From: a virus
Length of the DNA stretch: 64,000 bases
IMG/VR virus record: IMGVR_UViG_3300035148_000415
Location: 1-64,000 of that record
Direction: 5' to 3' (one strand)
Part shown: piece by piece, positions 7,355 to 17,433 of the stretch
Position numbering within the stretch: the first letter of the stretch is position 1
Layout of the letters: each line of letters starts with the position of its first letter
The notes under the pieces: model-generated
Told to the model about the DNA's origin: nothing
What the model saw: only the letters and a program-made list of their open reading frames with translations
The model's database searches: none
Made by a program: the position numbers and the translations under genes

Positions 7355-9052
7355 GTGTCTGAAGTGACGATGCAGCCGGGCGTTCCGATCCACGACCTCA
7401 ACCAGTCGGCCGGCGACCAGACCTCGGACCTCGCTGAGGTCGAGGCGCTGAGCCGCATCGTCCCGATGAAGCCGCTCGGCATCAGCGGCCTGAACAGGAA
7501 CGTCGGGTATGTCACCGAGGAGTTCCTTCCGGCTCTGAAGGGCCAGAAGGCGGCGAAGATCTACAACGAGATGCTGGCGAACAGCCCGTTGATCGGTGCT
7601 TCGGTGTCGACGATCGAGATGCTGCTGAAGAACATCTCGTGGGAGGTGGTGGCTCCGAGCGAGAGCGACGGCGCGAAGCAGGGCGAAGAGGTGCTCCGAA
7701 TGTCCATGGACGAGATGGACACCGGGTGGTCGGACTTCATCGCGGAGGCGCTGTCGTTCATCTGGTACGGATGGGCGTTCTTCGAGACGACGTACGCCCG
7801 CAGCAGCGGAGCCGTCGTCTGGGCGGACATGTCGGTCCGTGCGCAGGAGACGCTTGTGCGCTGGGTGTTCGACGACCTCGGCAGGGCCGTCGGGATGGTC
7901 CAGTCGGCTGCGCCGAACTACGCGTTCAGGACCATCCCGTTGAGCCGGGGCGTCCATATCCGCAACAGGAGCCGCAAGCGCAACCCGGAGGGCATCAGTG
8001 CGCTGCGCAACGCCTACGAGCCCTGGTACTACAGCAAGCGGATGATGCAGATCGAGGCGATCGGCCTTGAGCGGGACCTGGCCGGCCTGCCGATCATGTG
8101 GCTGCCCGCCGACCTGCTGCGCGACTCGGACAAGAACCCGAACAAGAGGAAGCAGGTCGACCAGTTCACGAAGCTCGTCCGGTCCGTGCGCCGCGACGCC
8201 AACGAGGGCCTGGTGCTGCCGTTGGAGTACGACAGCGACACCAAGCAGAAGAGGTACGAGTTCCAGCTGCTGAACTCCGGCGGTGGCAGGCAGTTCGACA
8301 CCAACAGCATCATCAACCGGTACGAGCAGCGCATGCTGCAGGCGATGATGACCGACTTCATCATGCTCGGGGCGCTGTCGAAGACCGGTTCGTACGCGAT
8401 GCACCTGGACAAGACCGGCATGCTGCGAGCAGCGCTGAACGGACACGCCTCCGCGATCGCAGAGGCCCTGAACCGCCAGGCGGTGCCGAAGCTGATGGCG
8501 ATGAACTCGATCCAGAAGCAGGATTGGCCGAAGATCGTCCCGTCCGACGTCGATGCGCCGAACCTGGGCGAGCTGGCGCAGTTCATGGGCGCGATGGCGC
8601 AGATGGGCATGCAGTTCTTCCCGGATCCCGACATCGAGGCGTTCGTGCGGAAGAGCGCCAGGATGCCGGAGCTCAGCGACTCCGAGCGCGAGGTCAGGAC
8701 GTCGGAGAAGGCGAAGACGGACATCACCAGGTTCATCGGCGTTCAGAGCGCACTGCTGCAGGCGAAGGCGCAGATCAGGGAGGCTTCGGCCCAGGAGGAC
8801 CAGTCCATGTCGATCTCCTCGGACCCCGCCGCCGAGCGCGACGCGCTCGCGCTCATGCAGCAGGGACCGCAGGGAGGCCCTGAGCAGCAGGCGCAGCAGG
8901 CCGCCCAGGAGCAGGCCCAGCAGCAGGCCCAGCAGGACCAGCAGGCCCAGCAGCAGGAGAAGCACGACATGGCGATGGCGCAGCAGCGGCAGAAGATGGA
9001 TCTCGCCGCCGAGAAGCAGAAGGCGCAACTGCAACAAGCGCGCAAGAAGTAG
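7355..9052 (+). CDS. portal protein (candidate)
   Basis: 565-aa first large gene of the head module, upstream of protease/scaffold/capsid genes; Gln/Ala-rich C-terminal tail; start ambiguous (GTG 7355, GTG 7364, ATG 7370). Confidence 0.65.
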   Translation: MSEVTMQPGVPIHDLNQSAGDQTSDLAEVEALSRIVPMKPLGISGLNRNVGYVTEEFLPALKGQKAAKIYNEMLANSPLIGASVSTIEMLLKNISWEVVAPSESDGAKQGEEVLRMSMDEMDTGWSDFIAEALSFIWYGWAFFETTYARSSGAVVWADMSVRAQETLVRWVFDDLGRAVGMVQSAAPNYAFRTIPLSRGVHIRNRSRKRNPEGISALRNAYEPWYYSKRMMQIEAIGLERDLAGLPIMWLPADLLRDSDKNPNKRKQVDQFTKLVRSVRRDANEGLVLPLEYDSDTKQKRYEFQLLNSGGGRQFDTNSIINRYEQRMLQAMMTDFIMLGALSKTGSYAMHLDKTGMLRAALNGHASAIAEALNRQAVPKLMAMNSIQKQDWPKIVPSDVDAPNLGELAQFMGAMAQMGMQFFPDPDIEAFVRKSARMPELSDSEREVRTSEKAKTDITRFIGVQSALLQAKAQIREASAQEDQSMSISSDPAAERDALALMQQGPQGGPEQQAQQAAQEQAQQQAQQDQQAQQQEKHDMAMAQQRQKMDLAAEKQKAQLQQARKK

Positions 9053-9061
9053 TCTGCTTCC

Positions 9062-9520
9062 ATGGGCAACCAGATCGTCGACCAGAAGGACTGGTCTGAG
9101 AAGCAGCGCAGGATCACCGATGCGACGACAGGCATCACCGCGCTCGGCGCGGGTGCTCTCGGCGCCGCGATCGCCGGGAAGACGAAGACGGCGGGGAAGG
9201 TGCTTCCGAAGAAGGTCCACCGGGCGCTGAGGTCCGGCAAGGCCGACGATGTGAGGAACAGCATCGCGCTCGCATCGATGCTCGGAGGCGTCTATTCGGG
9301 CATCAACTGGTCGAAGAAGCTGCGCAGCGATGCGCAGTCGCCTCCTGAAGGCACCCCTGCCGCCCAGCGGGAGGCTATGCGCAGGGCCGTGAACTACGCG
9401 GCAGCGATGGATATCGAGAAGGGCATCGTGCCGTCCTCGATCATGCCGACGATCAGGGGCCTGCGGATGCGCAGGTCCTACTACCGCAGGACGCCGCTTC
9501 CGCGGCCCAGGAGGGCATAG
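9062..9520 (+). CDS. basic protein with Gly/Ala-zipper segment
   Basis: 152 aa; ITALGAGALGAAIAGKTKTAGK followed by basic residues. Confidence 0.6.
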   Translation: MGNQIVDQKDWSEKQRRITDATTGITALGAGALGAAIAGKTKTAGKVLPKKVHRALRSGKADDVRNSIALASMLGGVYSGINWSKKLRSDAQSPPEGTPAAQREAMRRAVNYAAAMDIEKGIVPSSIMPTIRGLRMRRSYYRRTPLPRPRRA

Positions 9521-9522
9521 CG

Positions 9523-12500
9523 ATGGATCGTGATGTGGTGCTGGACGTTCTCTTCGCGAAGGCGATGGCGGACGAGTGGGTCGCGGGCGTCGATGCGCTC
9601 GCAGAGCTGTGCAAGTCGCTGGACCGTTGCGAACGCGCGATCGCGGCGAAGGGGCTGCTGCGCGCCTATGCGAACGCCATGTCCCGCGGGGATGTGGAGA
9701 AGATGCACGAGCTGTCCGACGCGATGGACGGGGTCGTGATCGGCAAGGCGTTCGAGCTGTTCAACTTCCAGACCGGGGCCCGGGAGGTCGAGGTCGTCAG
9801 GGACAGCAAGGGGAGGTTCAGCAGGTACTTGGCGAACTCCCAGTCGAAGGTGGCCCCGAAGTCGGTCGATCCTGACGAGAAGCGCAAGAGGGGCGACTAT
9901 GTGGCGTCGATCTCCGGCGCCCGGATGGAGCGCCTGAACACCGACCTCGCAGGAGGAACCCCGAACTCCATGTCGGCGAACGGCATCGATCAGCAGATGG
10001 TGCAGAGGGGCAGGGAGGACGCCGGGAGGATCAGGGCGATCAACGAGTTCCAGGACGAGCTGCTCGGGCTGTTCGGGAACAACAAGGACGTCATGGTCGT
10101 GATCCAGGGCGAGCAGATGGCTGGCAACCCCGGGGACGTCGTGACGCTCGGACTGCAGGAGCCGGTGAACGATCAGGCGCTCGCAGCGGCCGGCGGCGAC
10201 TCCAGGCTGATGATGGGGCTCAGGCCGAATGCGGCTCCGGATACCCGCGAGAAGTTCGAGATGTTCAACCAGTTGATCGACTCCGGTATCAGGCCCGATG
10301 TGGCCGGGGAACTGGTCAACAGCGGCAACGGCGCCGGAGCGGCGGCAAGGGTCGGCAATGCGCTGATGCAGTACACGGGCGCCGCGCCGAGCAAGACGAG
10401 CCAGAAGGCGATCCGCCACTTCCAGACTGCGGATGCGCTCGGCTCCTACTTCATGCGTTCCGGGCAGCCGCAGCTGATGGCTGCAGGAACCGCGCTGAAG
10501 AACGTGGCGGCGATGGGCGGAAAGCTGAACGAGAGCCACTACCAGCTCGCCGAGCGGATGAACTACCGGTTCCGCGGGATGAAGGACAACCTCCCGCAGC
10601 TGTTCACCGAGTCGATGGCCTCCGGTCCGCACAGGGTGGCGACGGCGCTGTTCAACGACCCGAACCTCGGACCGCAGCGGTGGGCCGAGATCAGGGACAA
10701 GGTGTTCTCGCAGCCGGCCAGGAGGGAGCGGGCGCTCTCTACCGACAAGGGCGGCAACGTGCAGTTCTCCGACACCACTGCCGCGATCGCGTCGTACATG
10801 GATCGCAACCCCAGGTTCACCAACAGGATGTCTCCGCGAGACTTCGTCGACAGGTTCGTCGGCGATATCGCCGTGACGTCGCTGATCCCGGAGATCCCGG
10901 CGGACAAGCGCGCGGTCGAACTGGGCCAGCAGGCGGGTTTCGGCGTACCGTCGTCGGGCATCATCATCCGGTCGGACGGGCAGGCGAAGGAGATGTACCG
11001 GGGCGTGGGCGAAGACCACTACCTGCCGTTCTCCGCGAAGGCGCTCCCCGAGCTGCGCGATGCGCAGTACGTCAGGACGAGGGTTCTCGGAGGCCACACC
11101 GGCGAGGACATCACGACGCTCGTAGCGTCCGGTGCGAGGCGCGCCACGGTCGTTTCAGGATCCGGCGTGTTCTCCATCGAGTTGAAGCCGAACACGTCCC
11201 TGGTGGGCCGTATGGCCCAGCCCGAGGTTGCTGCGATGGGGGAGCGGTACGAACGCATCCTCGACAAGTTGTCGTCGAGCGGGATCTATGCGGTCGATCT
11301 GCCGAACGAGACGATGACGGAGCTGCGCCGGAAGGCCGCCGAGTTCACCGGGAAGATGCCGGAGGACGAGGAGTACAAGACGCACCTCACGAAACTGGTG
11401 ACGAAGGCGAGGGCGCAGGCCGCGCAGATCACGCAGGAGGACATCGACAGCATCACCGAGCGCGTCGACGCGCAGATGGAGCTCGACACGTCGGCGCAGT
11501 CTCCGCAGCAGAAGGCGCGCCTGAGGGACGAGCTGCTGAAGGACGCGATGCAGGACAAGGAGAACGAGAAGGTCAGGACGCTCTCCTTGAACGGCGAGGG
11601 GTACGCGCTGGCGCTGGAGACGCTGAGGATGCAGTACCCGTCGATCATCGCGAACGTGGAGTACGAGTCCATCAACGACTTCGTCAAGAACAGGGAGCTC
11701 GGAGGAGTCCTCGACCGTGCAGCGGTGACGATCAGGAACCGCAGGAACGCCAAGGACAGCGGCCTGGTGAAGCCGGGGCAGACGTCCGCGTTCGCCGGCA
11801 ACAAGAAGTGGAGCGACGAGCGGCTGGAGGCGAGCAGGGCCGAGGTGCTCTCCTCGGTCGTCCGCAGGGCGGCTGCAGCTGCAGAACCGGCCGCCGCTGC
11901 GAACGCCGCTGAGCCCGGTGGTGAAGCCGCAGGCGCCGCTGCTCCCGGCGGTGCTGCTGCGAACGCGGCGGCGGCGGCGAGGGCGGGGACGCTCCCTGCA
12001 GCCGCAGGCGGTGCCGATGCTGCTGCGGCCCCTTCGCGCGGGACCGGGGCGACCGTCGCGACGCTGCGCACGACGATGGACAAGTCCACCGAGAACGCGC
12101 TGAACGCGGGCGCATCCAAGCTGTCCGGCCTGCTGGTGGCCGACGGGGTGTCGGTGGATCAGATATCGGGCAAGAAGTTCCTCGACATGCTGATCGACGA
12201 CGATCCGAACAGCGATGCGGAGGACGCGAAGCAGCCCCGCAGGGCGCAGAAGGCGTGGGCGCAGGCCATACCGACGGCGAAGCGCGGGTACTTCACCGGA
12301 TCGATCAGCGGCTCCGCGCTCAGCGGCCTCGGCGCCGGGGTCACCGACCCTGTCGGCATGGAGCATTCGATGCGGTCTCCGGAGGGGATCGTCGGAGTCA
12401 TGTACGCGACCTTCGCCGGGAACAAGCACCTGCTCGCAGGGCTGCAGCACGACCAGTCGGTCAGCCCTGCTGCATCCGCGCTCAGCGAGGACCAGAAGGC

Positions 12501-13182
12501 GGAGCTCGGCGCTGCTGTCGACGAACTGGCGTCGTTGCAGCTGATGCACTCGGGCGCCACCACTTCCCAGGCCTCCGAGAAGCTCGACGAGGTGACCCCG
12601 TCGTTCTTCGTGAGGCCCGAGTACCTGCGTTTCGTCGAGCAGAACATCCAGTCCGGCGGCTTGCCGGAGCAGTTGGCGAACCTCGAGAAGGTGTTGAACG
12701 ACGACAGCGCGCCGGAGACCGCTCAGAGGAAGAGGGCGGCGGCAGGAGCTCTGGACCTGCTCAAGGGCGACGACAAGTTCCGCAGCGAGGTCATGCACGG
12801 CACCGATATCAGCGCCGACCCGTTCGAGGGTCTGAGCGTGCTCGGGCTGCTGGCCCTCCAGTCGAAGATCCAGCAGGAGATCAACGCAGCGACGCCGTCC
12901 GGAACCGGCAGGGGGAAGGCGCTGATCGAAGCGCTGGGCATCGATTTCTCGTCCATCGGATCCACGGACCAGCCTGCGCTGCTCAAGGCGAAGCAGGATG
13001 CGTACAAGCAGTACCAGGACGCCATCGGCGCGGAGTACGTGTACCGGCTGATGGGGGGTGGTGATGTCGGCCCAAAAGTACTAGGGCAGCACAGGGGGAG
13101 GCTGTCCAAGAACAGCGACCTGGTGGAGGAGTTCCTCCGGCTGACTCGGGAAAGCCCTCCGTCGCTGGTTCCGCGAGCGTAG
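9523..13182 (+). CDS. giant head-module protein (1219 aa), function unknown
   Basis: Uninterrupted high-GC3 ORF directly after portal region; Ala-rich linker about nt 11870-12060; no catalytic motif recognised. Confidence 0.75.
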   Translation: MDRDVVLDVLFAKAMADEWVAGVDALAELCKSLDRCERAIAAKGLLRAYANAMSRGDVEKMHELSDAMDGVVIGKAFELFNFQTGAREVEVVRDSKGRFSRYLANSQSKVAPKSVDPDEKRKRGDYVASISGARMERLNTDLAGGTPNSMSANGIDQQMVQRGREDAGRIRAINEFQDELLGLFGNNKDVMVVIQGEQMAGNPGDVVTLGLQEPVNDQALAAAGGDSRLMMGLRPNAAPDTREKFEMFNQLIDSGIRPDVAGELVNSGNGAGAAARVGNALMQYTGAAPSKTSQKAIRHFQTADALGSYFMRSGQPQLMAAGTALKNVAAMGGKLNESHYQLAERMNYRFRGMKDNLPQLFTESMASGPHRVATALFNDPNLGPQRWAEIRDKVFSQPARRERALSTDKGGNVQFSDTTAAIASYMDRNPRFTNRMSPRDFVDRFVGDIAVTSLIPEIPADKRAVELGQQAGFGVPSSGIIIRSDGQAKEMYRGVGEDHYLPFSAKALPELRDAQYVRTRVLGGHTGEDITTLVASGARRATVVSGSGVFSIELKPNTSLVGRMAQPEVAAMGERYERILDKLSSSGIYAVDLPNETMTELRRKAAEFTGKMPEDEEYKTHLTKLVTKARAQAAQITQEDIDSITERVDAQMELDTSAQSPQQKARLRDELLKDAMQDKENEKVRTLSLNGEGYALALETLRMQYPSIIANVEYESINDFVKNRELGGVLDRAAVTIRNRRNAKDSGLVKPGQTSAFAGNKKWSDERLEASRAEVLSSVVRRAAAAAEPAAAANAAEPGGEAAGAAAPGGAAANAAAAARAGTLPAAAGGADAAAAPSRGTGATVATLRTTMDKSTENALNAGASKLSGLLVADGVSVDQISGKKFLDMLIDDDPNSDAEDAKQPRRAQKAWAQAIPTAKRGYFTGSISGSALSGLGAGVTDPVGMEHSMRSPEGIVGVMYATFAGNKHLLAGLQHDQSVSPAASALSEDQKAELGAAVDELASLQLMHSGATTSQASEKLDEVTPSFFVRPEYLRFVEQNIQSGGLPEQLANLEKVLNDDSAPETAQRKRAAAGALDLLKGDDKFRSEVMHGTDISADPFEGLSVLGLLALQSKIQQEINAATPSGTGRGKALIEALGIDFSSIGSTDQPALLKAKQDAYKQYQDAIGAEYVYRLMGGGDVGPKVLGQHRGRLSKNSDLVEEFLRLTRESPPSLVPRA

Positions 13183-13244
13183 GCGCTGCTTCCGATCCCG
13201 GCATCGACCCCAAGACGGATGCGGTCCCGACGCCGCACGGCGAG

Positions 13245-14231
13245 GTGAGCGATGTCGACTACACGAAGAGGCCGAGGTACGTCGAGATCCAGGAGGAGAT
13301 CGCCGCGCTGCCCGGCATGCGCAGCGTGAAGGGCAAGGTGAACAGGCTCGTCGAGCAGGCGATGATGAACAAGGCGCGCGCTGCGGCCGGCATGCCGGTT
13401 GAGCCGACGTCGAACAACATGATCCTCACCGGCAACCCCGGCACCGGCAAGACGACGGTGACCAGGAAGATGGGCGAGTTGATGTTCGAGCTCGGCCTGT
13501 CGAAGTCTCCCCAGGTGGTGCAGCTGACGCGCGCGGACCTGGTGGGTGAGTTCGTGAACCAGGCCGCGGAGAACGCCAACAAGGTGCTGACGAAGAACCG
13601 GGGCAAGACGATCTTCATCGACGAGGCGTACACCCTGTACAACGGACCGCAGGACCACGAGGGCAGGCAGGTCGTGGACGAACTGATGCGGCTGGCCGAG
13701 GAGTACAGGGAAGACACTCCGATCATCCTCGCCGGGTACGAGGACGAGATGGACCGGATGGTCGCCGTCAACCCCGGCATGAAGTCGAGGTTCCCCGGGA
13801 GGATGGACCTTCCCGATTACACCCCGCAGGAGAAGGCCCAGGTGATGCACTACATCGTCGGGCAGGCGAACAGGACGTACGAGTCCCCTGCGGTGAAGAA
13901 GAGGGTCGCTGCGTACGCCGCGTCGGTGCCGAGCGTCGGCGAGCACGGCAACGCCAGGGCGGTGAGGAACTTCTACGACGCGATGCGCGAAGCGCAGGCG
14001 GCGCGGCTGATGGGCGGCAAGAACCTGACGCCGCAGGTCCTGTCGACGTTCACCGCCGAGGACGCCGATGCCGCCGCGTTCATCATGGGGCTCGAGCCGA
14101 TCAGGACCGTGCGCGGTACGAAGGCTCCGAATCCTGCGGCCAGAGCTCGCAGGGAGGGGTACCGCCGCAGGGTAGGGTCGGCTGGACCAGGGAGGAAAGA
14201 TGCAGTGGTGGCGGGAGCCGGACTGGCGTGA
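13245..14231 (+). CDS. AAA+ ATPase of the CbbX/SpoVK/EccA family
   Basis: Walker A LTGNPGTGKTTV, Walker B TIFIDEAYTL, ILAGYEDEMDRM..NPGMKSRF family signature; GTG start; 3' end overlaps next gene by 32 nt. Confidence 0.85.
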   Translation: MSDVDYTKRPRYVEIQEEIAALPGMRSVKGKVNRLVEQAMMNKARAAAGMPVEPTSNNMILTGNPGTGKTTVTRKMGELMFELGLSKSPQVVQLTRADLVGEFVNQAAENANKVLTKNRGKTIFIDEAYTLYNGPQDHEGRQVVDELMRLAEEYREDTPIILAGYEDEMDRMVAVNPGMKSRFPGRMDLPDYTPQEKAQVMHYIVGQANRTYESPAVKKRVAAYAASVPSVGEHGNARAVRNFYDAMREAQAARLMGGKNLTPQVLSTFTAEDADAAAFIMGLEPIRTVRGTKAPNPAARARREGYRRRVGSAGPGRKDAVVAGAGLA

Positions 14232-17200
14232 CACGGCGCAGCTGGTGGACGACCCCGCCATGGCGCGCATGGTGCTGGTCGCAGCAGCGTCGCAGGCCGA
14301 CCTGACCGGCCCCGACTACGGCTGCGAGGAGCTGGCGAAGGCCTGCGAGGACCAGGATGTCGTCTTCGCCTTCAACCGTGCCGGGGACGATGCTTCGTAC
14401 GCCTCGTGCGCAGCCGACGCCGTCGACACCTACGCGACGATGGTTTCGGTGCTCGGATCGCACGGGCTCCCTGCTTCTATCGCTGCGGACAGGGCTGCGC
14501 TGGTGTTCGGCCTCCCGTCGGTGGATCAGCAGTACGTCAAGTTCGCCAAGGAGGTTGCATGCCCGGACGACGTGCTGCGCGCAGCGGCGGACGAGGCGCT
14601 GGTCCGGGCGTTCGCAGGGTTCGCCAGGGAGGCTGTTGCGAAGACCGATCGCCCGTGGGACGAATCGGAAGTCGTCAGGGACGAACTGGGGAGGTTCGCG
14701 GAGGAGTCCGACGACAAGGCTGCGAGGTACCGGATCATCAACGGGCGCAAGTACGCGATCTCCGAGAAGGCGGCGCTGAACGAGAAGAGGGATTCAGCCG
14801 GGGACGCCGGGGACGCGGCGCAGGAGGCCGATGATGCGGCGATGCTGGCGTTCGCGCAGGAGGAGCGGCTGCGCGAGGAGCAGAGGCAGAAGCGCAAGGA
14901 CCGCAGGAAGCGGAAGTTGAAGCAGTACAGCCAGCACCAGGAGCTGGAGCGGCAGGCCGCTCAGGACGCCGCCAGGGCGAGGGAGGTGCGGCGCCAGAAG
15001 GAGGAGGCTGCGAAGGCGAAGGTGGAGGCCGAGAGGCGGGCCAGCGAAGCGGCCGAGCGGTCGGCGCAGGTCAGGATCGCCAACCGCGGGAAGACGCTCG
15101 CATCCCTGGACTCCGAGCAGAAGAAGGTCCTGAGGGCGTTCAGGCAGCTGCGTGCGCTTCCGCCCGGTGAGAGGAGGCTGCGCAACATCAGGATGCTGGA
15201 GACGATGAAGGGCAGCGCCGCTTCTGCAGGCGGCGGATCCGGCGGCGGGGACGGCGAGAGCGACCTCAAGAAGGTCATGGGCGGCGTCATCGACGAGATC
15301 GGGAACATCAGCCTCCTGGGGACGGTCGATGGCGACAAGCTGACGTTCGACCAGATCGAGCAGGGCGGAACGATAGTCCTCAGCGGAGCCGGTTCGAACG
15401 GAGGCGACGTCCGCGTTGCGATCAAGGACAGGAACGACGCGGTTCTCATGTCGAGGCTGCTGTTCATGACGAAAAGGGGCACGGCGGTTACGGACTACGG
15501 GTCGCTGATGCCCGTTCTCGGGAACGAGGTCGTCTCCAACGCTATCGACAGCGTCTACAGCATGCTCTCGGTCTACGACGCGAAGGCGCCCGAATACGGC
15601 GGCGGCGGCGCCGGGGAGCGGGAGGAGCTCGCCAAGAAGGCCCTGGAGAACATCGGGGATTCGCTGGTCAAACAGTTCCTCGAGTCCGGCAAGGGCGACG
15701 GTTCGATCATCCTGACGTCAGGGGGACGGGCCTTCCTCGTCGACATCACCAAGCTCTTCAAAGGCTTGACTCCGAAGGTCCAGGTGGTCGACGGGCAGTC
15801 GGTGCTGACGGTCACGGCCGCGCCGCCGCCGGCCGAGCATGGCGACGACATGTTCAACAGCTACGCGGATGGCGGATGGTTCAGGTTCGACGCCGATGGG
15901 AAGAACGAAGGGGCGGAGCCGGTAGGTGCTTTCAGCGCCTTCGAGTACGCGACCGGCGGCCCGGGGATCACGTTCTCCGTCGACCCCGACGGCCTGGTGA
16001 ACACATCTACCGAGGGCGGCGCCGTCAAGAAGAGCGCAGTGCTATGGGACGAGTCGGAAGTCGTCAGGGACGAATTGGGGCGGTTCGCCGAGGAGGACGG
16101 CGAGAAGCCTGCCGTGCGCAACGTCGGAGGCCGCAAGGTCCTGGTGGCTGTCAGGGCGGGAGACTCGGCGGCCGAGGCGGGCGCTGCAGCGGCGGGCGCT
16201 GCTGGGGACGAGCTCGCAAGGCGCAGGGCTGTGAGGGCGAAAAGGCAGCGGCAGCACTCGGAACTCGTGCGAGCGGAGCAGCAGGACCGCTTGCGCGCAG
16301 CAGCCATGGCGGAGCGGCGCACCGGGCAGCAGGACGGCGGACCGCACGTCCTGAGAAGGGCTCCGCAGATGCTGGACGCATCCGCCGACCGGACCGGGCT
16401 CAGCACCAGGGCGAGCGTGTTCCTGGAAGTGCTCGAGGAGCGCGATCGGATGCGCGCCGACCGGGTGCTGGGCGCGCTGCCGGACGCGGAGCTCTCCATG
16501 ATGGCGGCGATGAGGCTGCGGGAGAGGTACAAGGCGATGGCGCTGGAGGACCAGGAGGAGAATTCGGGCTTCCTCGCGAGTTTCGGCGAAAGGGCGCGGC
16601 GTGCCAGGGAGGCGGCGCTGGAAGAGGCGGTGGCGCAGGCCAAGAAGGGCGAGGGCCTCGCGTTCGCCGAGAAGGTGGTCGCCGAGGAGAAGAAGCTGCT
16701 GGTCAAGCGGCCGCAGTCTGTTGCGCTCGCCGAGTCGCTGCCGAAAGTGTCGTCCAGGTCTGCACCGCTGGCCGCCATGGGGCGGAAGATCGGCGAGGAG
16801 CAGAAGGAGGGGCGCAGGACGGCTGCTGTCGAAGAGGCTCCGGGCGTCATCGGGCTGGAGGGGTCCGCGCACAACAACGTCACCCGTCTGATAGGCGACA
16901 ACCTCGACTACATCAAGCAGAGGCTGGAGGAGGGCGAGCCTGTCTCTGTGACCTTCAACAGGGACTCCCTCGGCGGCGCTCCGCTCCGTGGAGGTTCGCT
17001 GGTGCCGAAGCTGTGGGCGCGCCACTTCGACAGCGGAGGCGCAGAGCCGGCGGCGTCCGCCGCACCGGCCTCTGCCGCGGCTGCGTCCGGCGGCATCTCG
17101 TACGCGCCTCCGCAGGAGGGCGCGGCGGCAAGTGCGACCGGCGGCGGGGACACCTCCGATGCGCGCCTGGAGGATGCGAGGGCACGGGCGGTGTACTTCA

Positions 17201-17433
17201 CCAGGGATGCGATGACGAACCTGGTCGATGCGCTGAAGCTGCTGGACGAGGACGATGTATCGGTGACGATGGATGTGCTCAGCGGCGAGGGGACGTGGGA
17301 CAGCCCGATCGACCTCGACAGGCCCGAGGAGACGGAACAGGTCGGAGGGCGCAGGACCGTGCTGAAGTCCGACGCCCGGCGCAGGCTGCGACTGGTACGG
17401 ATAGAATCGCGCAAGGAGGCTGCCGATGACTAG
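14200..17433 (+). CDS. giant head-module protein (1077 aa) with duplicated WDESEVVRDELGRFAEE motif and charged coiled-coil tracts
   Basis: ATG with GGGAGGAAAG SD; motif at aa 153 and 616; KR/E-rich stretches. Confidence 0.75.
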   Translation: MQWWREPDWRDTAQLVDDPAMARMVLVAAASQADLTGPDYGCEELAKACEDQDVVFAFNRAGDDASYASCAADAVDTYATMVSVLGSHGLPASIAADRAALVFGLPSVDQQYVKFAKEVACPDDVLRAAADEALVRAFAGFAREAVAKTDRPWDESEVVRDELGRFAEESDDKAARYRIINGRKYAISEKAALNEKRDSAGDAGDAAQEADDAAMLAFAQEERLREEQRQKRKDRRKRKLKQYSQHQELERQAAQDAARAREVRRQKEEAAKAKVEAERRASEAAERSAQVRIANRGKTLASLDSEQKKVLRAFRQLRALPPGERRLRNIRMLETMKGSAASAGGGSGGGDGESDLKKVMGGVIDEIGNISLLGTVDGDKLTFDQIEQGGTIVLSGAGSNGGDVRVAIKDRNDAVLMSRLLFMTKRGTAVTDYGSLMPVLGNEVVSNAIDSVYSMLSVYDAKAPEYGGGGAGEREELAKKALENIGDSLVKQFLESGKGDGSIILTSGGRAFLVDITKLFKGLTPKVQVVDGQSVLTVTAAPPPAEHGDDMFNSYADGGWFRFDADGKNEGAEPVGAFSAFEYATGGPGITFSVDPDGLVNTSTEGGAVKKSAVLWDESEVVRDELGRFAEEDGEKPAVRNVGGRKVLVAVRAGDSAAEAGAAAAGAAGDELARRRAVRAKRQRQHSELVRAEQQDRLRAAAMAERRTGQQDGGPHVLRRAPQMLDASADRTGLSTRASVFLEVLEERDRMRADRVLGALPDAELSMMAAMRLRERYKAMALEDQEENSGFLASFGERARRAREAALEEAVAQAKKGEGLAFAEKVVAEEKKLLVKRPQSVALAESLPKVSSRSAPLAAMGRKIGEEQKEGRRTAAVEEAPGVIGLEGSAHNNVTRLIGDNLDYIKQRLEEGEPVSVTFNRDSLGGAPLRGGSLVPKLWARHFDSGGAEPAASAAPASAAAASGGISYAPPQEGAAASATGGGDTSDARLEDARARAVYFTRDAMTNLVDALKLLDEDDVSVTMDVLSGEGTWDSPIDLDRPEETEQVGGRRTVLKSDARRRLRLVRIESRKEAADD
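14656..14706 (+). repeat. 51-nt intragenic repeat, copy 1
   Basis: tgggacgaatcggaagtcgtcagggacgaactggggaggttcgcggaggag; 47/51 identical to copy 2. Confidence 0.9.
16045..16095 (+). repeat. 51-nt intragenic repeat, copy 2
   Basis: tgggacgagtcggaagtcgtcagggacgaattggggcggttcgccgaggag, same reading frame as copy 1. Confidence 0.9.
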
